A DNA stretch of 64,000 nucleotides from Octopus sinensis. Its lineage: Eukaryota. This document shows positions 15,085 through 29,762 of the stretch, piece after piece. Numbering within the stretch: the stretch's first letter is position 1; every line of letters starts with the position of its first letter. The notes beneath the pieces were generated by a model, which was given only the letters and a program-made list of their open reading frames with translations, did not search any database and was not told the origin of the DNA. Both the position numbers and the translations under genes were made by a program. The stretch is from assembly GCF_006345805.1 (NCBI RefSeq), contig NC_042998.1, forward strand, positions 136,648,001 to 136,712,000, written 5' to 3'.

Positions 15085-15676
15085 TGTCTGCACACACGCA
15101 CGCACACACACACACACGCATATATGTGTATATATATATACATATATACATATATATATATATACATATATATACATATATGTGTATATATATACATATA
15201 TACATATATATACATACATATACATATATATACATATATATACATATATGTGTATATATATACACATATACACACACATATACATACATACATACATACA
15301 TATATATATGAAATTCAATAAAAGAAAATGGAGAAGAAAAATTAAGATATTTTGTATGTTTTATTTGTGTTACAATTGGAAAAGTAATGCAAATTAAAAG
15401 ATGAAAAATATACCTATAAGAGTATAAAAGGAACTGCCCCAACCAACTTAATAACCCCCAAATATATTTTTGATTTTATGAGACTGTTTATACACATATA
15501 TAATGATGATCTTCCTATCAATATATTTGGTTCAACCCAGTTGGCATCAGGATTGCTTTTAACAATCCCTTACGTGGATATTGCTTCCCCAAATTCTGAA
15601 TGTATATATCAATATATATATAAAATGCAAAAAGGGGGTATATAAAGTAAATAGGGACTGGCTTATCTATCAATCA

Positions 15677-15769
<93 letters not shown>

Positions 15770-15790
15770 GCTAGCTAGCTAGCTAGCTAG
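15085..15790. repeat. (CA)/(TA)/(TACA) tract and (TATC)n/(CTAG)n tract
   Basis: Direct observation (15085-15310 and 15670-15790). Confidence 0.9.
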
Positions 15791-15797
15791 GTAGTTA

Positions 15798-15829
<32 letters not shown>

Positions 15830-16427
15830 CAAAGATGCACACACTGCGCGTGCACACACTGCGCGTGCACACACGTAAACCGAAACTTAGAAATTATTAT
15901 GTCCTGTATTTAAATAGGTAAGACAATAATTTCGTGTTTGTATTTGGTTTTCAAAATTTTTGATGTGATCTCGTGTGTTGAAACAAATTTTGTTGTATCT
16001 CGGAAGGGTCATTATTCCAAAATTAAACATACGAATGGTTCGGTTTCCCTTTATTATTTGCCAATTTTTTAAAACTATTTAGCCAACTAACTAATCAATT
16101 GTTTGAGTAATCATTCGGTTAATCAATCAATTGTGTTACCGGTGTCCTTTCATCACCATTCGGGAGCTCTACAGTGATATGCCCTCTCTACTCTAGGTCA
16201 ATTTCAGGCTTGTCTCAGAGAGAGACACAAATGGTCGATCGATTAACCAAATGACTAAATAAACAATCGATTTGTTAGTTGGTTAAATTACTAATCAATT
16301 GACAAATAATTAAGTTAAATAGAACCAATGCATGTGTCACTTACTGGCATAAGAAAGTAATAGAAAAATATAGAAAAATTGTAAATTATAAATTGTTATA
16401 CTTTTTATTATTTTATAATAAGAATAA

Positions 16428-16496
<69 letters not shown>

Positions 16497-17724
16497 TAAA
16501 TATGGTAATCTTATAGGGATTTAGTTTAAAACAATCGGTTAATTCGGTTTGCTGTTATAATATTAAATGTGAGAGGAAACGCATAAAAATCTAAGTCTAA
16601 AGAGGTAGGATCCATTGAAATGTATAAAATTGGGAGATACTTTTATAAGAGTTGAAGCAAAAATATGAATATATGTGTGTTTGTGCGAGCTTTTAAAGAT
16701 TATTGGGTTATAAAAGCTGTATAAAATTATGTAATGTATTTAAAAATGTATATAAAAATTATACAAATCTGTATAGAAGAGTAATTACAGCTAGCATCTA
16801 ATACATCTAATAATAATGGATGTGAAAGCACAAGCTAGATAAGAGCGGTAGGAAATGCAAACTCGTATACTGAAGTAGGAGTAAATAAGAAGGGGAAATT
16901 TGAGCAGAAATCAGAGTTAGTCCATCTAAGTGTACTATATACATCTACTTGTGCTTGTTGAGATTAATTTACAATATAAAATGAAATATAAAAAAATAAA
17001 CAATAACAATAAAACAGATAAAAATAAATATGTGTGTATGCATATATATTGTATAGTATGTATATATATGCATTTTTTATTTCATTTATCCAGACATGGC
17101 TTGTATAAGAGGTAGTGTAGGATATAAGTAACTTAATAAAATAACTTCATAAAATTTTGCTGGTGGAAGAAGGAGTGAGAGGCTTGAATTACTTAGGGGT
17201 AGTATAATAGATAGTAAGAAGAAAGGTTCCATTTACAGATATACTTGCCTATGTTCCATTATCTCAAAGATATATAAACCAAGTTCCATTATCTCAAGAT
17301 ATATAAACCAAGATATACGTGTATGTCTTCTAAAAGTAATTGTTTTAATTGGTTGGATAGTAATCACGGGATAAGCCGTAACGGCAAAGAACACACGACG
17401 TCTACTCCTTGGTTAAATTATCAACTAGTTTCACTTAACTGATTTATTGAGTAGAGTGTTCTTAATTTATTTGGCAATAGAGATGGTAGGAACAAAGAAA
17501 GGACGAATTAATTGTAACACGTCAATGTACCAGGATTCTGACATGTAATTTAGAAGTGTTGTTCGCTGAAACGAATTCTTCCCACACGAGAATAGACATG
17601 TGAAGATAGAATAGATGATTTATAAAAAGAACAAGAAGTACAAATATCAAATGGAAATGGTTCACTTATACTTCTTTCTATTTTTATATTCCATGTCCAC
17701 ATTTAATTTCAGTATATGTAGACA

Positions 17725-18015
17725 CGGGCACTGCTGAATGGTTAAGACGCTAGCTTTGCAACAACGTAGTTTCGTGTTCAGTCCTACTGTGTAGCATCTT
17801 GGGCTAATGTTATCTACTATAACCCAGGGTTGACCAATGCGTTGGTGAATTTGGTAGATGGGAACTGTCTACAAGCCTATCGTATGTATATATGTATGTA
17901 TGTATGCATGTATGCATGCATGCATGTGTGTATGTATGTATGTATGTATGTATGTATGTATGTATGTATGTATGTATGTATGTATGTATGCATGTATGTA
18001 TGTATGTTTATGGAT
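17725..18015 (+). mobile_element. Degenerate family-B SINE head plus CORE-like domain running into (TATG)n
   Basis: GCTGAATGGTTAAG...GTTCAGTCCTACTGTGTAGCATCTTGGGC...GGTAGATGGGAACTG, matching the copy at 55878. Confidence 0.75.
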
Positions 18016-20072
18016 GGATAGATATACGAGTGATTGGACAAATGAAAGAAAGTGGCACTCATCACATTTAGCAGGAACGAAACATTAAGGTGCATGGGAC
18101 CGAATCAAACCGTTTTAAATGATAATAATAATGGTTTCAAATGTTGGCACTAGGCCAGCAATTCAGATTTACATTCTTCTAACACGAGCTTGAAAAAAGC
18201 AAACGAGATCTTACTAAGTTTCTTCGAAAACATGTTGAATGTCACTTTAGTATTCTGTTACCACATAGTATTCTGAATCTTGAAAATCATTTTAACACTA
18301 TTCTTAATTAGAAAAAAAACCCTACTAATGAATTATCTTGTTTATTAAATAAACTTATATATATTATCTTATCCAGAAGTCAATGCGGTGATGCTTATCT
18401 TTGAATTCCTCAGTGTTAAATCTGAGAACATTTCTCATTCACTGAATAGTATGTCAATTTATCATCGATAACAATCACCAACATATCAGTATGACAGATA
18501 ATCGTGAAAAAGTACAAACCTAAATACACAGAGGATAATTGTATTCAGCAGATTAAGATCGGTGTGTGGCAGTTTGCATACTCTGCAAAGCTAATGATAG
18601 AAGAGAAATTTTGATTACATTATAATTTTAGTCTTAAGTTGTATTGTGATCACGTAGTAGTATACACAAGGGGTGTCAAATAGTGGAGATCTCGATCAAC
18701 TAACTGCATGATACGTCGGTTAGTCTGATTTACGTAGCTCAATTCAAATACATCTCTCACTGAAATTGTTGTTTCATTACTAAGCTTGATATTAAATAGA
18801 CATCACTCTTACTTTTCGTTAGTTGATGAGCCAAGTTAAGAAACTTTCAATGAAATTATAGAACATGTAAAACATATAAGTATATAATAAATACTAACAA
18901 GACATATTGGTCAGGTAAAAAATCTTTGGAGATTTTGATGTCTAACATTGGTACAAATCTAGGAATGGGTAAAAGTGATTAAATTGACCCAGAAATTGAA
19001 CCTAGAACATATATAGATGTAAGTAAATATTAATTCCTGAAAAAGTTTTGGTAAAGTGAGGAGTTGATTAAATCTGTTACATATTTTATCGATTTTGGGA
19101 ATATGAAAGTCAAAATTAATCTCGGCTAGATTTGAGTAGCGTCAAAAGATGTAACTAAATATCTTAAGGCATTTAATCCGACATTTGACTGTTTCTTCTG
19201 CCCGTTCACCCTTCTGTAGGATAAAATAATGACAAGAGATTTACGAACTTAATTTCTGTGACAAGATTCGCGTTATCTTGCAAAACATCAGACAAAATTT
19301 AGTCGAAGATATAAAATAAATCTTTCGAGATTTCAAATCGATAAGAGTAAATGAAGAGGTAATTATGAATGAAATATATACAAGTGGAGTATGATATCAC
19401 CTCACTTCCACCTTAATCTGCCACAGCTTCAGTTAGTTTTCCTGGTAATTAATCACGAACTTAAGATTAATTTGATCACTAATAATACTAATAACACACA
19501 GATTTAAGTTCTAATTCTGAATTAGCTGAATGAGATTGTTCAGTCTATGATCAATAAAGATAAGGTGTTACATTGAATCCTAGTTGTTGTTTTCTTAATC
19601 TTTTGCTAGGGTTGTTTGCTTTCAGACCTTTACCATAAAAATAATTTTGGAATATAATTAAAATACTTCTAAGTTATGTGAACAGGTGAATGATCGTCAA
19701 TTTAGATTGAATTTTTATTGAAGTTATTACTCTATCCGATGCCAATTAATTTTGAGGTCAACGAGAGCATACTCCTTTCCTGAGTACATAGAATATTTTC
19801 CAATGTAAAAATTTGATATTTTACTGCATATCAAACACATAAATAAGTAAAATAAAATTTGAAAAAATTATACAACGGGAGGTGAACTGAATACCATTTT
19901 GAAATTCATTTACAATACGTATTATTTTTTAGTTGTTCGCCATGCGCCGAATTGTTTTTCAAACTGGTATATATACTGAGTTAGAATGGAAATTTTTCAG
20001 ATTTCGGTAGCTGCAGTAACAACAACGGATTGAATAACATACGTATGTATATACAAATAAACTAAGCTACAA

Positions 20073-20110
<38 letters not shown>

Positions 20111-20200
20111 GCACACACACATATGCACACACACATCACACACATAATACATACATACGCACACATGCACACACACATACCTAAAATGTTTCGCATATAA

Positions 20201-20830
20201 TACTGAGGTGTGGTACGCGCTCGTCGGATTTTCGTAATTACGCATCGAGCAGAGACCTTAAACTCATGTCTTATCACCAGTAATATTGATCTTCATAAAG
20301 CCTGTCACGTGGTTCGCATAACCCAGCATGTCCTGAGCAATTTCCATGAGGAGTTGGTTCTGCTATTCCGCCAGCACCTTGGGGACGAAGTTCGCCGACA
20401 CTTTCTGTATGCACAAATCTTCCGTTAAAATGTAATGCATTGACCTTGTGCTTATTCCCACTTCGTGTGCAATTTCTTGGATTGTTACATGACGGTCATC
20501 CACGACTATACAGCGAACCTTCTCAGTCAGCTCCTCGTCTCGGCTTGTGGACGAGCGTGCTTTGGTCTCCACTGTACAACTCCTTGATCCAAGTTTTGCT
20601 CATGGTATCATTGTCAAAGGCCTGCTGAATCTTCTGAATGGTTTGAGTTTGAATATCGCGAAGCTTTTGGAAAAACTTGATGCATAATCTCTGCTCCATA
20701 CGTTCGGTGAAAACGAAAATCCGAAAATCCGACGAGCGTGCACAACGCATCTGTATTCTAGTCATAATAACCGGGAATCTGAAAATACAATCAAGCACAC
20801 ATAATTTCCACATAAACAGTGACGTAGACC
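20201..20830 (-). mobile_element. Mariner-type transposase 5' fragment (pseudogene)
   Basis: MEQRLCIKFFQKL...IQQAF...MSKT (HTH), DDRHVTIQEIAHEVGIST.SMHYILTEDL..QKVSANFVPK.L and ITGDKT (cf. ITGDETW). Frameshifted and truncated at the first catalytic Asp. Confidence 0.88.
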
Positions 20831-21892
20831 ACCTCTAACTAAAACGAAAACAAGGCGGGAGAAGCTTAACATTGATCAAAACAGCCTTTGAATGTCGTAT
20901 CATATCCCTTCGGCAACATCTTTTAACCACCAAGCGTTGAAGTGCATCCCTTGACCAAGTTTGCATACATGAGGCTGATAACATCATAAGACTTGGAATG
21001 TAGCTCCCTGAGCAACACTCTTTGTCTGATAATCTAGAATACATGCCCAAAGAAGTCGCACAACTTTACCGCAACATATCATTAGATGAAAGGATGAGCC
21101 TATATGAGAAGAAGACTATTCATGGATATGTTAGTAGAAAGCTCTATGATGATAATAACGTCGGTCATCAAAGCAGTTTATCATGGACGAATAGCCGGAT
21201 TATTACCTCCCTCTTTGAAGGCTATGCGTTTGCAATCCAGGAACAGGAAATACCAACCAAGTACCTGATGCACAAAAAGGATATAAATTCAGGAAAAGCC
21301 GTAAAATGTGACAACCGATGCAGACTTTGTGGAGTTCACACTAAAGATACCACCCACATCATAAGCAGTTGTCCGAAAATGTCATCACGGTATTATCTAC
21401 CGATGAGACATGACATTGTAACTAGGACACTCTATAATGAAATCCCTCGGAAGGATAATCCCGAAGACAAAGAAATAAAAACCAACCCACAATATGGTAG
21501 AAGCCATAGCCACTCATAATAAAAAGGAATACTGGTGGAATGTACCAGTGAAGACCTCAATAAAATGTAAGCACAACAGACATGATATAATGAGTTGGAA
21601 TAGGGAAAAGAAACTGTGCAGTTGTGGAAATTAGCTGCCCAGCGGATGTTAACATAAAGCTAAAGATCAGTGAAAAAGAGAACACGTATGCTGAATTATT
21701 GAGAAATCTGCAGTTACTCTATCCAGATTACAAGTTCAGGTTTATACTTGTAATTATTGGGGACCTGAGATATATAACACACTGCTTAAATACCAATCTT
21801 GAGAACTTAGGCTTCTCAAAACCAGAAATGAGAAAGCTAATTCGAAGACTACAGATCCAATCCATCACTAGAACTGTAAGAATCTGTAAAAC

Positions 21893-21897
<5 letters not shown>
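20830..21897 (+). mobile_element. 5'-truncated non-LTR retrotransposon with CCHC finger and restriction-like endonuclease (R4/Dong-like group)
   Basis: L.LKRKQGGR.L, IHGY, FEGYAFAIQEQEIPTKY, CRLCGVHTKDTTHIISSC, RHDIV, WWNVPVKT..KHNR.DI, EISCPAD, VIIG.L. Stops present; ends directly in (TA)n. Confidence 0.9.
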
Positions 21898-21965
<68 letters not shown>

Positions 21966-21969
<4 letters not shown>

Positions 21970-22533
21970 TTAGAGATAAAACCACTATTAGGCAAATCAA
22001 ACAGTGAAAAACATAAGCCAATACATAAAATTAATTTTAAAATATAAAATTAAAAAATTAAAAAATTACTAAAATAATTTAAACTTATAAATTTTAAATA
22101 TATATATATATATATACAAATATATATATATATGTATGTATATTATATATTATTTTGTTTAATTAATTATTTATTTTTATTTTTATTTTTTATTTATTAT
22201 TTTTTAAATTTTTTTATTTATTAAAAAATTTTTTTTTTATGTATAAATATCAAAAGTATTAAAAGTTTAATAAAAGATAAAGTGTAAAACAATATACTTA
22301 AGCACATATACACACCCATATATATCTACATAAGTACATATATGCATATATAGGCACAGGTATGGCTGTGTAATATGAAATTTATTTCCCAACCATATGG
22401 TTGAGTCCCACTGCGCGGTACGTTAAGCGAGCGTCTTCAAATACAGCCCAGGACGGTCGTGTGTACGTACGTGTGTGTGTGTGTGCATATATATATATAT
22501 ATATATATAATATATAATATATATATATATATA

Positions 22534-22591
<58 letters not shown>

Positions 22592-23760
22592 AATATGTAT
22601 ATATTATTACAAATTTGTGATTTTACCAATAGAACAGCAACTCCTATTTCAGGATATCCTTATTGTATGGAATATATCCAATAAAATAATGTAAGCATTT
22701 AAAAACCTACTTTAAATACAATGAAATTATTTGAAAAAATATATATAACTTACCTGTTATTAGTCTGTGGGGAAAGAAGGTAGTTTTAATTAATGCTACG
22801 GGAAAGAAGGTAGTTTTAATTAATGCTACACGTGTTTCTGCGCTGGTGGGGTGCTTATCAAGGTTATACCTAATACATAAATGCACCAGAATAAAAATAT
22901 ACAAATTACGAATATATATTTAAAAATTAAAAAACTAATAAAATTTTAAAAATTAAAAAGAATTAAACATCTAGAATTACATTACCAATATATATTTATA
23001 GAAAATGCTAAACCTAAGGAAACCCTCAACGACTATATTATAAACACATCAAATCCTACAACCTATCTATATAAACATTACGGGAATTAATAATTTAGTA
23101 TAACATTTACCCCTATCCATACAAGCATAATTTACCATTTTTTATGTCAAACATTATCTAAAAATATTATTTAGTAAAAACCCCTATATATGTTATAAAT
23201 TTATTGAATAAATTAATTAGAAATTTAGTAAAAAAATAACAAAGGAAGAATACTTATCGATATAATGTTTACCCCTTCCCGTTCCTGTGCAAATGGCTCG
23301 TCCCTCTGTCATGTTATGGGAATAACATGAATAAAATAAAATACTATGAAAATTTCTCCAAGACTAATAATATTAGAGAGGTTGAATTCAAGGGGTTATA
23401 ATAACTAGATACTCTTAAATCTAGCTGTAACTGGATTCTTTTAATAGCGTTTAAGACTTAGAGATTTGTTAGACTAAATGTGGCTTGTCTATTCCTTTTA
23501 AGGTAATATTTTAAAATAAATTCTTGGTTCCTGGTATATCGGTATCTAACACTACTATAAAATTATTTTATAACTACATTTAACTATCTTCTTCATAGTT
23601 GCTTAGGAGATTACATACTGGGTGGGATGGGGGTGGTGTTATAATTTTATATATTTTTCATTTTATTATACGTAAAGTTATTCTTATGTCGGCATTTTAC
23701 CTCTCTCTTTAATACTGTTCAGTAATACCTCTCTCGACTGGAGTAGTTTCATAAACTATA
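21966..23760. pseudogene. AT-rich Penelope-like relic fragments, interrupted by a family-B SINE at 22353-22470
   Basis: LPFFMSNIILKYYL...LNKLIRNL at ~23120-23240 resembles Penelope N-terminal regions. Very degenerate. Confidence 0.3.
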
Positions 23761-24199
23761 CGCGTATACATAAATATATATACATATATTTATATGTATG
23801 TATATATACATATGTATGTATGTATGCATGCATGTATGCATGTATGCATGTATGTATGTATGTATGTATGTATGTATGTATGTATGTATGTATGTATGTA
23901 TGTATGTATGTATGTATCATCGATGGCACATACATAGAGTATGTATTTTGTCTATACGACGTATTTGCTGTAGATATGGTCTAGGAATGCTCCCTACATA
24001 ACGCTGAGCGTTCGAATTTCATAGACCAGTCGAGACAGTTCACCTTGGTTCATCACAAAACGAATCAAATTCCTAGTCTATGACTTTAATGCGAATAGAG
24101 TGAAAACTCTTTGCTGATACGCACATCAGCAAAAAGTCTTCACGCTGTATGTGCGATCGATAATGTTTACATTACTAGGAATGGTATTAATTCGCTATT

Positions 24200-24250
<51 letters not shown>

Positions 24251-24482
24251 TAGAGGGCACAAATTATTTTTCTGTGACCATCGAATTTCTACACCGGCTT
24301 TCTTTGTTTAATATGACAACCTTGATTCCATTGCAGTATCTAACTGTCTGTCTGTCTGTCTATCTAAAATATGCAATTTACTTCTCACAATCTAGCAATG
24401 TCATGATACATAACAATGTAACAAATGACTGATACAGACACACACAAATGTACACATATATGTGTGTGTGTATACATGTATT

Positions 24483-24517
<35 letters not shown>

Positions 24518-24919
24518 GTGCATGTATACATATACGTAAAATCGCACACACACACACACACATACATATATAACAGACGGCCTATAACAAATGAATTAGC
24601 ATAGGAAACACGAGATCGTGTTTTGTTCGTGCAACAAGCTGTTTACAGCAACCGAATTAGATGTCTAAGATCAGTTGTAGAAAGTATATTTGTATTGTTG
24701 CTTTTTGTTTTTTAAGATTACGTTTGATACACCCACTTGATGCATTACCTTTGCATGTCGTCCAACAATGTATTTAGCTCCAATTCTTTCTAATGACAAC
24801 CCCTACTCGATCTACTACTACTACTACTACTACTACTATCTATTCAATGTAAAATCTCTCCCATTTTGTATATCTTTATAATTATTCATCTTCAGCATCC
24901 CTGTGATAATGGAATATAT

Positions 24920-25565
24920 TGTTGCTAATAAAGCTGCGAAATCGCAGAATTGTTATCGCGTTGAAAGGCTTAGCTTTTTTCCCGATATTTTAATTCCGAG
25001 ATCAAATGCCTCCGTGGCCAAATTTATCTTTCAGCATTTCGGGTCAACGAAATAAGGTACTATTCATATATTGAAGTCGATGTAATCGATTGGCCTCCCC
25101 TTTCCTGATATTGTGCCAAAATTAGAAAGAAAGGTGGTGAGCTGGCAGAATCAGTAGCATGCCGAGTAAAATGCTTCGCAGCATTTCTTCCGGTTTTACA
25201 TTCTGAGTTCAAATTTCGGCGAGGTCACCTCTGCCTTTTATCTATTCCAGGTCGATAAAATAAGCACCAGTTGAGTACTGGATCGACATGTCACTTCCCC
25301 GAAAATATCAAGCCCTACGCTTATAGTAGAAAATATTATTATCGTTAGTAAAGCGGCGGAATGACAGAATCGTTAGCGCTTCGGAAAAAATGCTTAACAA
25401 CATTTCTTTCGGCTATGTACATTCAGAGTTCAAATATCACCGAGACTGACTTTGCTTTTCATTCTTTCGGGGTCGATAACATAAAGTAACAGTCAAGTAC
25501 TAGACCCGATGGCATCGACTCCTTTCTCCTCTTTAAATTGCCTAAAATTTGATATAACTATTATT
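24920..25565 (+). mobile_element. Stack of three family-A SINEs
   Basis: Three successive heads (GCTGCGAAATCGC, GAGCTGGCAGAATC, GGAATGACAGAATCGTTAGC), each with B box and central block, joined at TATTATT. Confidence 0.85.
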
Positions 25566-25702
25566 AATGGCAGTGGTTGAAGCAGGAAAAGCAGGAAGTT
25601 GAGGAATAGAAAAGTGGAAGGAGACATTACGCGCGTTCCTAACTCACCAGAACTGCGCCAGAGCGGACTCTGCCAAAAAATACTCAAGGATGTATGCACA
25701 TA

Positions 25703-25739
<37 letters not shown>

Positions 25740-25748
25740 CAATATTTT

Positions 25749-25968
25749 ATAAGCTTAAAGCTTATAAGTGACCACCGATTAATGACTAAAGAAAATAGGG
25801 GCATAAATGGTAACTTGGTAACAGACTTGTCGCGAAAACAAAGAGCTGTGGGTTCGAGTCCCATGTGTACGGAAATTCTTCTTTTTTCCGTCGAGGGTTT
25901 ATATGCCCCAATATTAGATTATTTTCTTTAGTCATTACACGGCGATCGCTTATAAGCTTTAAACTTAT
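25749..25968. mobile_element. MITE-like element with 49-bp terminal inverted repeats enclosing a tRNA-like cassette
   Basis: 25749-25797 vs 25920-25968 pair at 43/49; inner IR GGGGCATAAA / TTTATATGCCCC; B box GGTTCGAGTCCC at 25851-25862; T6 at 25882-25887. Confidence 0.75.
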
Positions 25969-26015
25969 TATTTACAGAATTTTAAAAGTCGACACTGCTT
26001 ACGAAAAGCCATCGC

Positions 26016-26075
<60 letters not shown>

Positions 26076-27269
26076 TAGATATATGTATGTGTATATACAT
26101 ATACATATATATAAACTGGTAAGTCCAATTTATTTATACCGTTATTGATATACATAAGCAATGACCCTGGTCAGTTTAACACTATTCATGTCAGTCACTG
26201 ATAAGATAATAACAGAAAGATTGGAATTAGAATGCTTGATCTCTCTTTTTCTATTTGTGAAGTTATTATCTATAAAAACACGGCGTTTATATCTAACAAT
26301 ATAAAGGTTCCTCAGTGCAGAACAACATCGAAATATAACAGTGCTAAACCAACTCTAATTTATCCAATGTCCATATCTAGGAATCGCTTCGAATAATAAC
26401 TGCGGTCATTTTCTTTGTTCATTTGGATCATGGACCATTGTTACAGAAACTGGATGTGTTTAAATGTAACCCTTTCGAATTATGATATGGAAAGCTCGCA
26501 AGGGCAGAGGCTGCAAATACCTTATGTTATTTCTTGCGCAGTGCGATTTCAGTGACCACAAAATTTAATTGGCGATGTTTCAGTGACGTTACCGTTTGTA
26601 GGACCCGTTCTCCCACATCTTGATTCTTTGATGGAACTGCAATCCGTAGGCAAGCAAACTCTAAGATTCGGTGCTCAGCCTCTGAACTATTGTTAGACAC
26701 GCACGTTCTCTACCAGCTGGACAATAGAGCGTTAGCGGTGGGGTGGGGGGAGAAGAGATGCACAGGAAAACTTTAGACCCCGACGAGAATGAAACGAAAA
26801 GCATATTCTGAAGCACTTTCAGGACGGAATCAATAGACAATTTTCAGAGATTCTTGACAGGGAAATGCTATCGAGAAGTTTTGTCGGTTGTGAGCAAAAA
26901 CTACGCGCACTATATTAGTGTCGTCAGCTGAGCCTGTCGAAAATATGTGCACAGTGTCTGAGCATTGTTGAATCCTGATGTTTTGTTGAACAAGCTTTTC
27001 CGCGTGTAGGACGGCTTGACAGGGTGACTTTACCATGTCTGGTTGCCATTTGGAAAGGAACTGCATCGTGAAAAGTAAAAAGCTTTTTCAATCGCAAAGC
27101 CCCCCTTCATTCCTCTAAGTTTCACTTGAATAGGAAAGCCAGAAAGAAAGGAAAGATTATAACTTCAGTAAGTTTGCTGAGACACTGGTGAGATTGATGA
27201 TTGTGGTAAGGACGACAACATCCAGCTGGAAAACATTCCCGGAAAATGATACTTGTTAAATTCTGGATC

Positions 27270-27320
27270 TGTATAATGCTTTGATTGGCCTAAGGCTTGC
27301 GTCACTCTATTGGAACGTGT
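27270..27320 (-). promoter_or_regulatory. Possible promoter: two CCAAT boxes flanking a CRE-like TGACGCA
   Basis: ATTGG at 27284-27288 and 27309-27313, TGCGTCA at 27298-27304, within an apparently non-repetitive island. Motif-only evidence. Confidence 0.3.
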
Positions 27321-27451
27321 CATTTCATACCTTTTGTATTTTCCCTGACCCGTTATTTTTTCCATTATCAAATTATCGTAAAACAATTATTTTTATAACA
27401 TCTCCTTGTAATGTCCTTTCTTTACTCTGTGGCAAATAATATTATTACTAT

Positions 27452-27525
<74 letters not shown>

Positions 27526-28423
27526 CAACATTATATCACAGATACTTCATGTTCCTAAATGGCTTTTCTTGAATTCCCTCTGTTGTATTGATCTTATATA
27601 TTATTCAGGTTTATTTGCTTTTACTGAATCAAACTGCTTCTTCCAACCAGCTCTACCCAACTCTACTCTCCTAATATAGAAAATTTTTATAGTAAGTGGC
27701 ATTGCACATAAAGTCCTTCTCTTTGATTGCCTTAATTTGCACGCAGCAAAATAGCACCTTGTACCATGAGGTTTTATTGCTTCTTCGCGCTTTTGCTAGC
27801 CCAATACATAGCGACATAAGAAAAATATATGCCAATGCATTGAAACACACATGTAGACATATATACACACATATGAATATATACATATAACAATGCATGT
27901 ATATACGCACATACACACATTGCCTTTCTCTCACACAAATACATTCATACATATAAGTGGGTATATATGTGTCTGCATGTATGTATACGCTTGTATTCTC
28001 AGTATGTGCTATTACACAATAGTTTGGAAATAACACAGAAAGCAAGAGTGCAATAAAATTATTAAAGTAAATAAGTACACATAAATGCACATGCACTCAC
28101 GTACACAATCACACAACACACACATACATATATACACATATATTTATCTATACACAAATATGAACACACACATATATAAACCTATACACGCGCATAAAAT
28201 ATACATATATATATATATATATAATACATACCTATATACACACATTTGTATGTACATGTATGTGAAATATAATGCATAATATATATTAGTATAGATACAC
28301 ACATACGGGCATATATATATGTTATGCATATGTAATATATTACGTGTGTGCGCTTAAAATACAACATATATCTATGTGTATTATATAACAATACTATCAA
28401 TCACTCAATCACTCAATCAGTCA

Positions 28424-28549
<126 letters not shown>

Positions 28550-29731
28550 TGCATTCGGACGACTTGGTAATGATACCAGTCTACTTAAACAAAAGGGTCA
28601 CGAAAGTCCAAATAAAAAACATACCATTTGATGTCGAAACACAATGGTTGGTCTCTGCCATCTGCTTTGAAATGTCAGAGACAATGTCAGAGACAAACAT
28701 CCTGGAAATCGCGGTTCTAGGAGAGAAAGACTATGTGGGCAAATCAATCGAATTCCTGCTTCAATTGGATGAAGCAGCAAGAGAGAAGATACCCACCGCT
28801 ATAGAACTGCCAGGAGGCTACAAACACTCTATATAGTGGTAGAGGGCAGGCGACCACGCTGCTATTTGTGTGGAAGCGAAACACACACTTGAAAAAGACG
28901 TGCCCAACCACTGCACACCAAGAGCAACAACAACAACCACTACCACAACAAAGCACTCCGGAAAAAAGCTCTACTACCCACACCACCATCAACACAGAAG
29001 ACAAGAGAAGCACACCAAGCTAATCCGTCATCAACCAAAAACCACTCGACACCTGAAAAATACCAACACCACCATCAACAGCAAAACCCAAAGGAACAGA
29101 AAAACAAAGAAAACACACACAAACTGATCCCCCATCCCTTATACCGCACTCAACACACACAACACTCAACAACCAACAACAACGAAAACAACAACACAAC
29201 CACTTACACAGACATACATAGAAGCCCACAACATACCCCTACCCCCTTCTGATTCCTCAGAAAATTTCGTCGAAGACGAAAGCAGTGAGGAATGGCAAAT
29301 AGCTACAAAAAGAAGGAAAATAAAGAGCAGAAACACAACCAAACCAAATGCAAACACGAACAAAGCAGGGGGAAATACATCTCCCGAAGACATTTCAAAA
29401 CCCAACGCAAACAACAGCCACACCACACCACAAAAACATATACAGCAAACATGCTCACAGCCATAGACACCAAAAACACAAACAAATTTGATGGAATACA
29501 TCCAATCAAAAACAAACATAACAGAAGATGACATAAAAACAACAATCACCCATACACAACACCACCAGACCACATCAAAATATTACACATCTCCAAAGTC
29601 TGCACCACACACTCAAAGGCATTTTTCCCAGTGCGGTTGGTAAATGCCAAAAATATCTCACAAAGAAACTGTACTGGGATCTTCTCGAGGACAAACCAAC
29701 GGAGGAGAAAGCAAAAACTTTCGAGCAGTAA
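28550..29731 (+). pseudogene. Tx1-like ORF1 (zinc-knuckle protein), frameshifted, start missing
   Basis: KVQIKNIPFDVETQWLVSAI..., then VEGRRPRCYLCGSETHLKKTC (C-x2-C-x4-H-x4-C after removing a 2-bp CA slip), a low-complexity T/P-rich region, and TAA at 29729-29731. Confidence 0.8.
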
Positions 29732-29762
29732 GTAACCCTCTGTATTCTAATTCATTAGAGCT

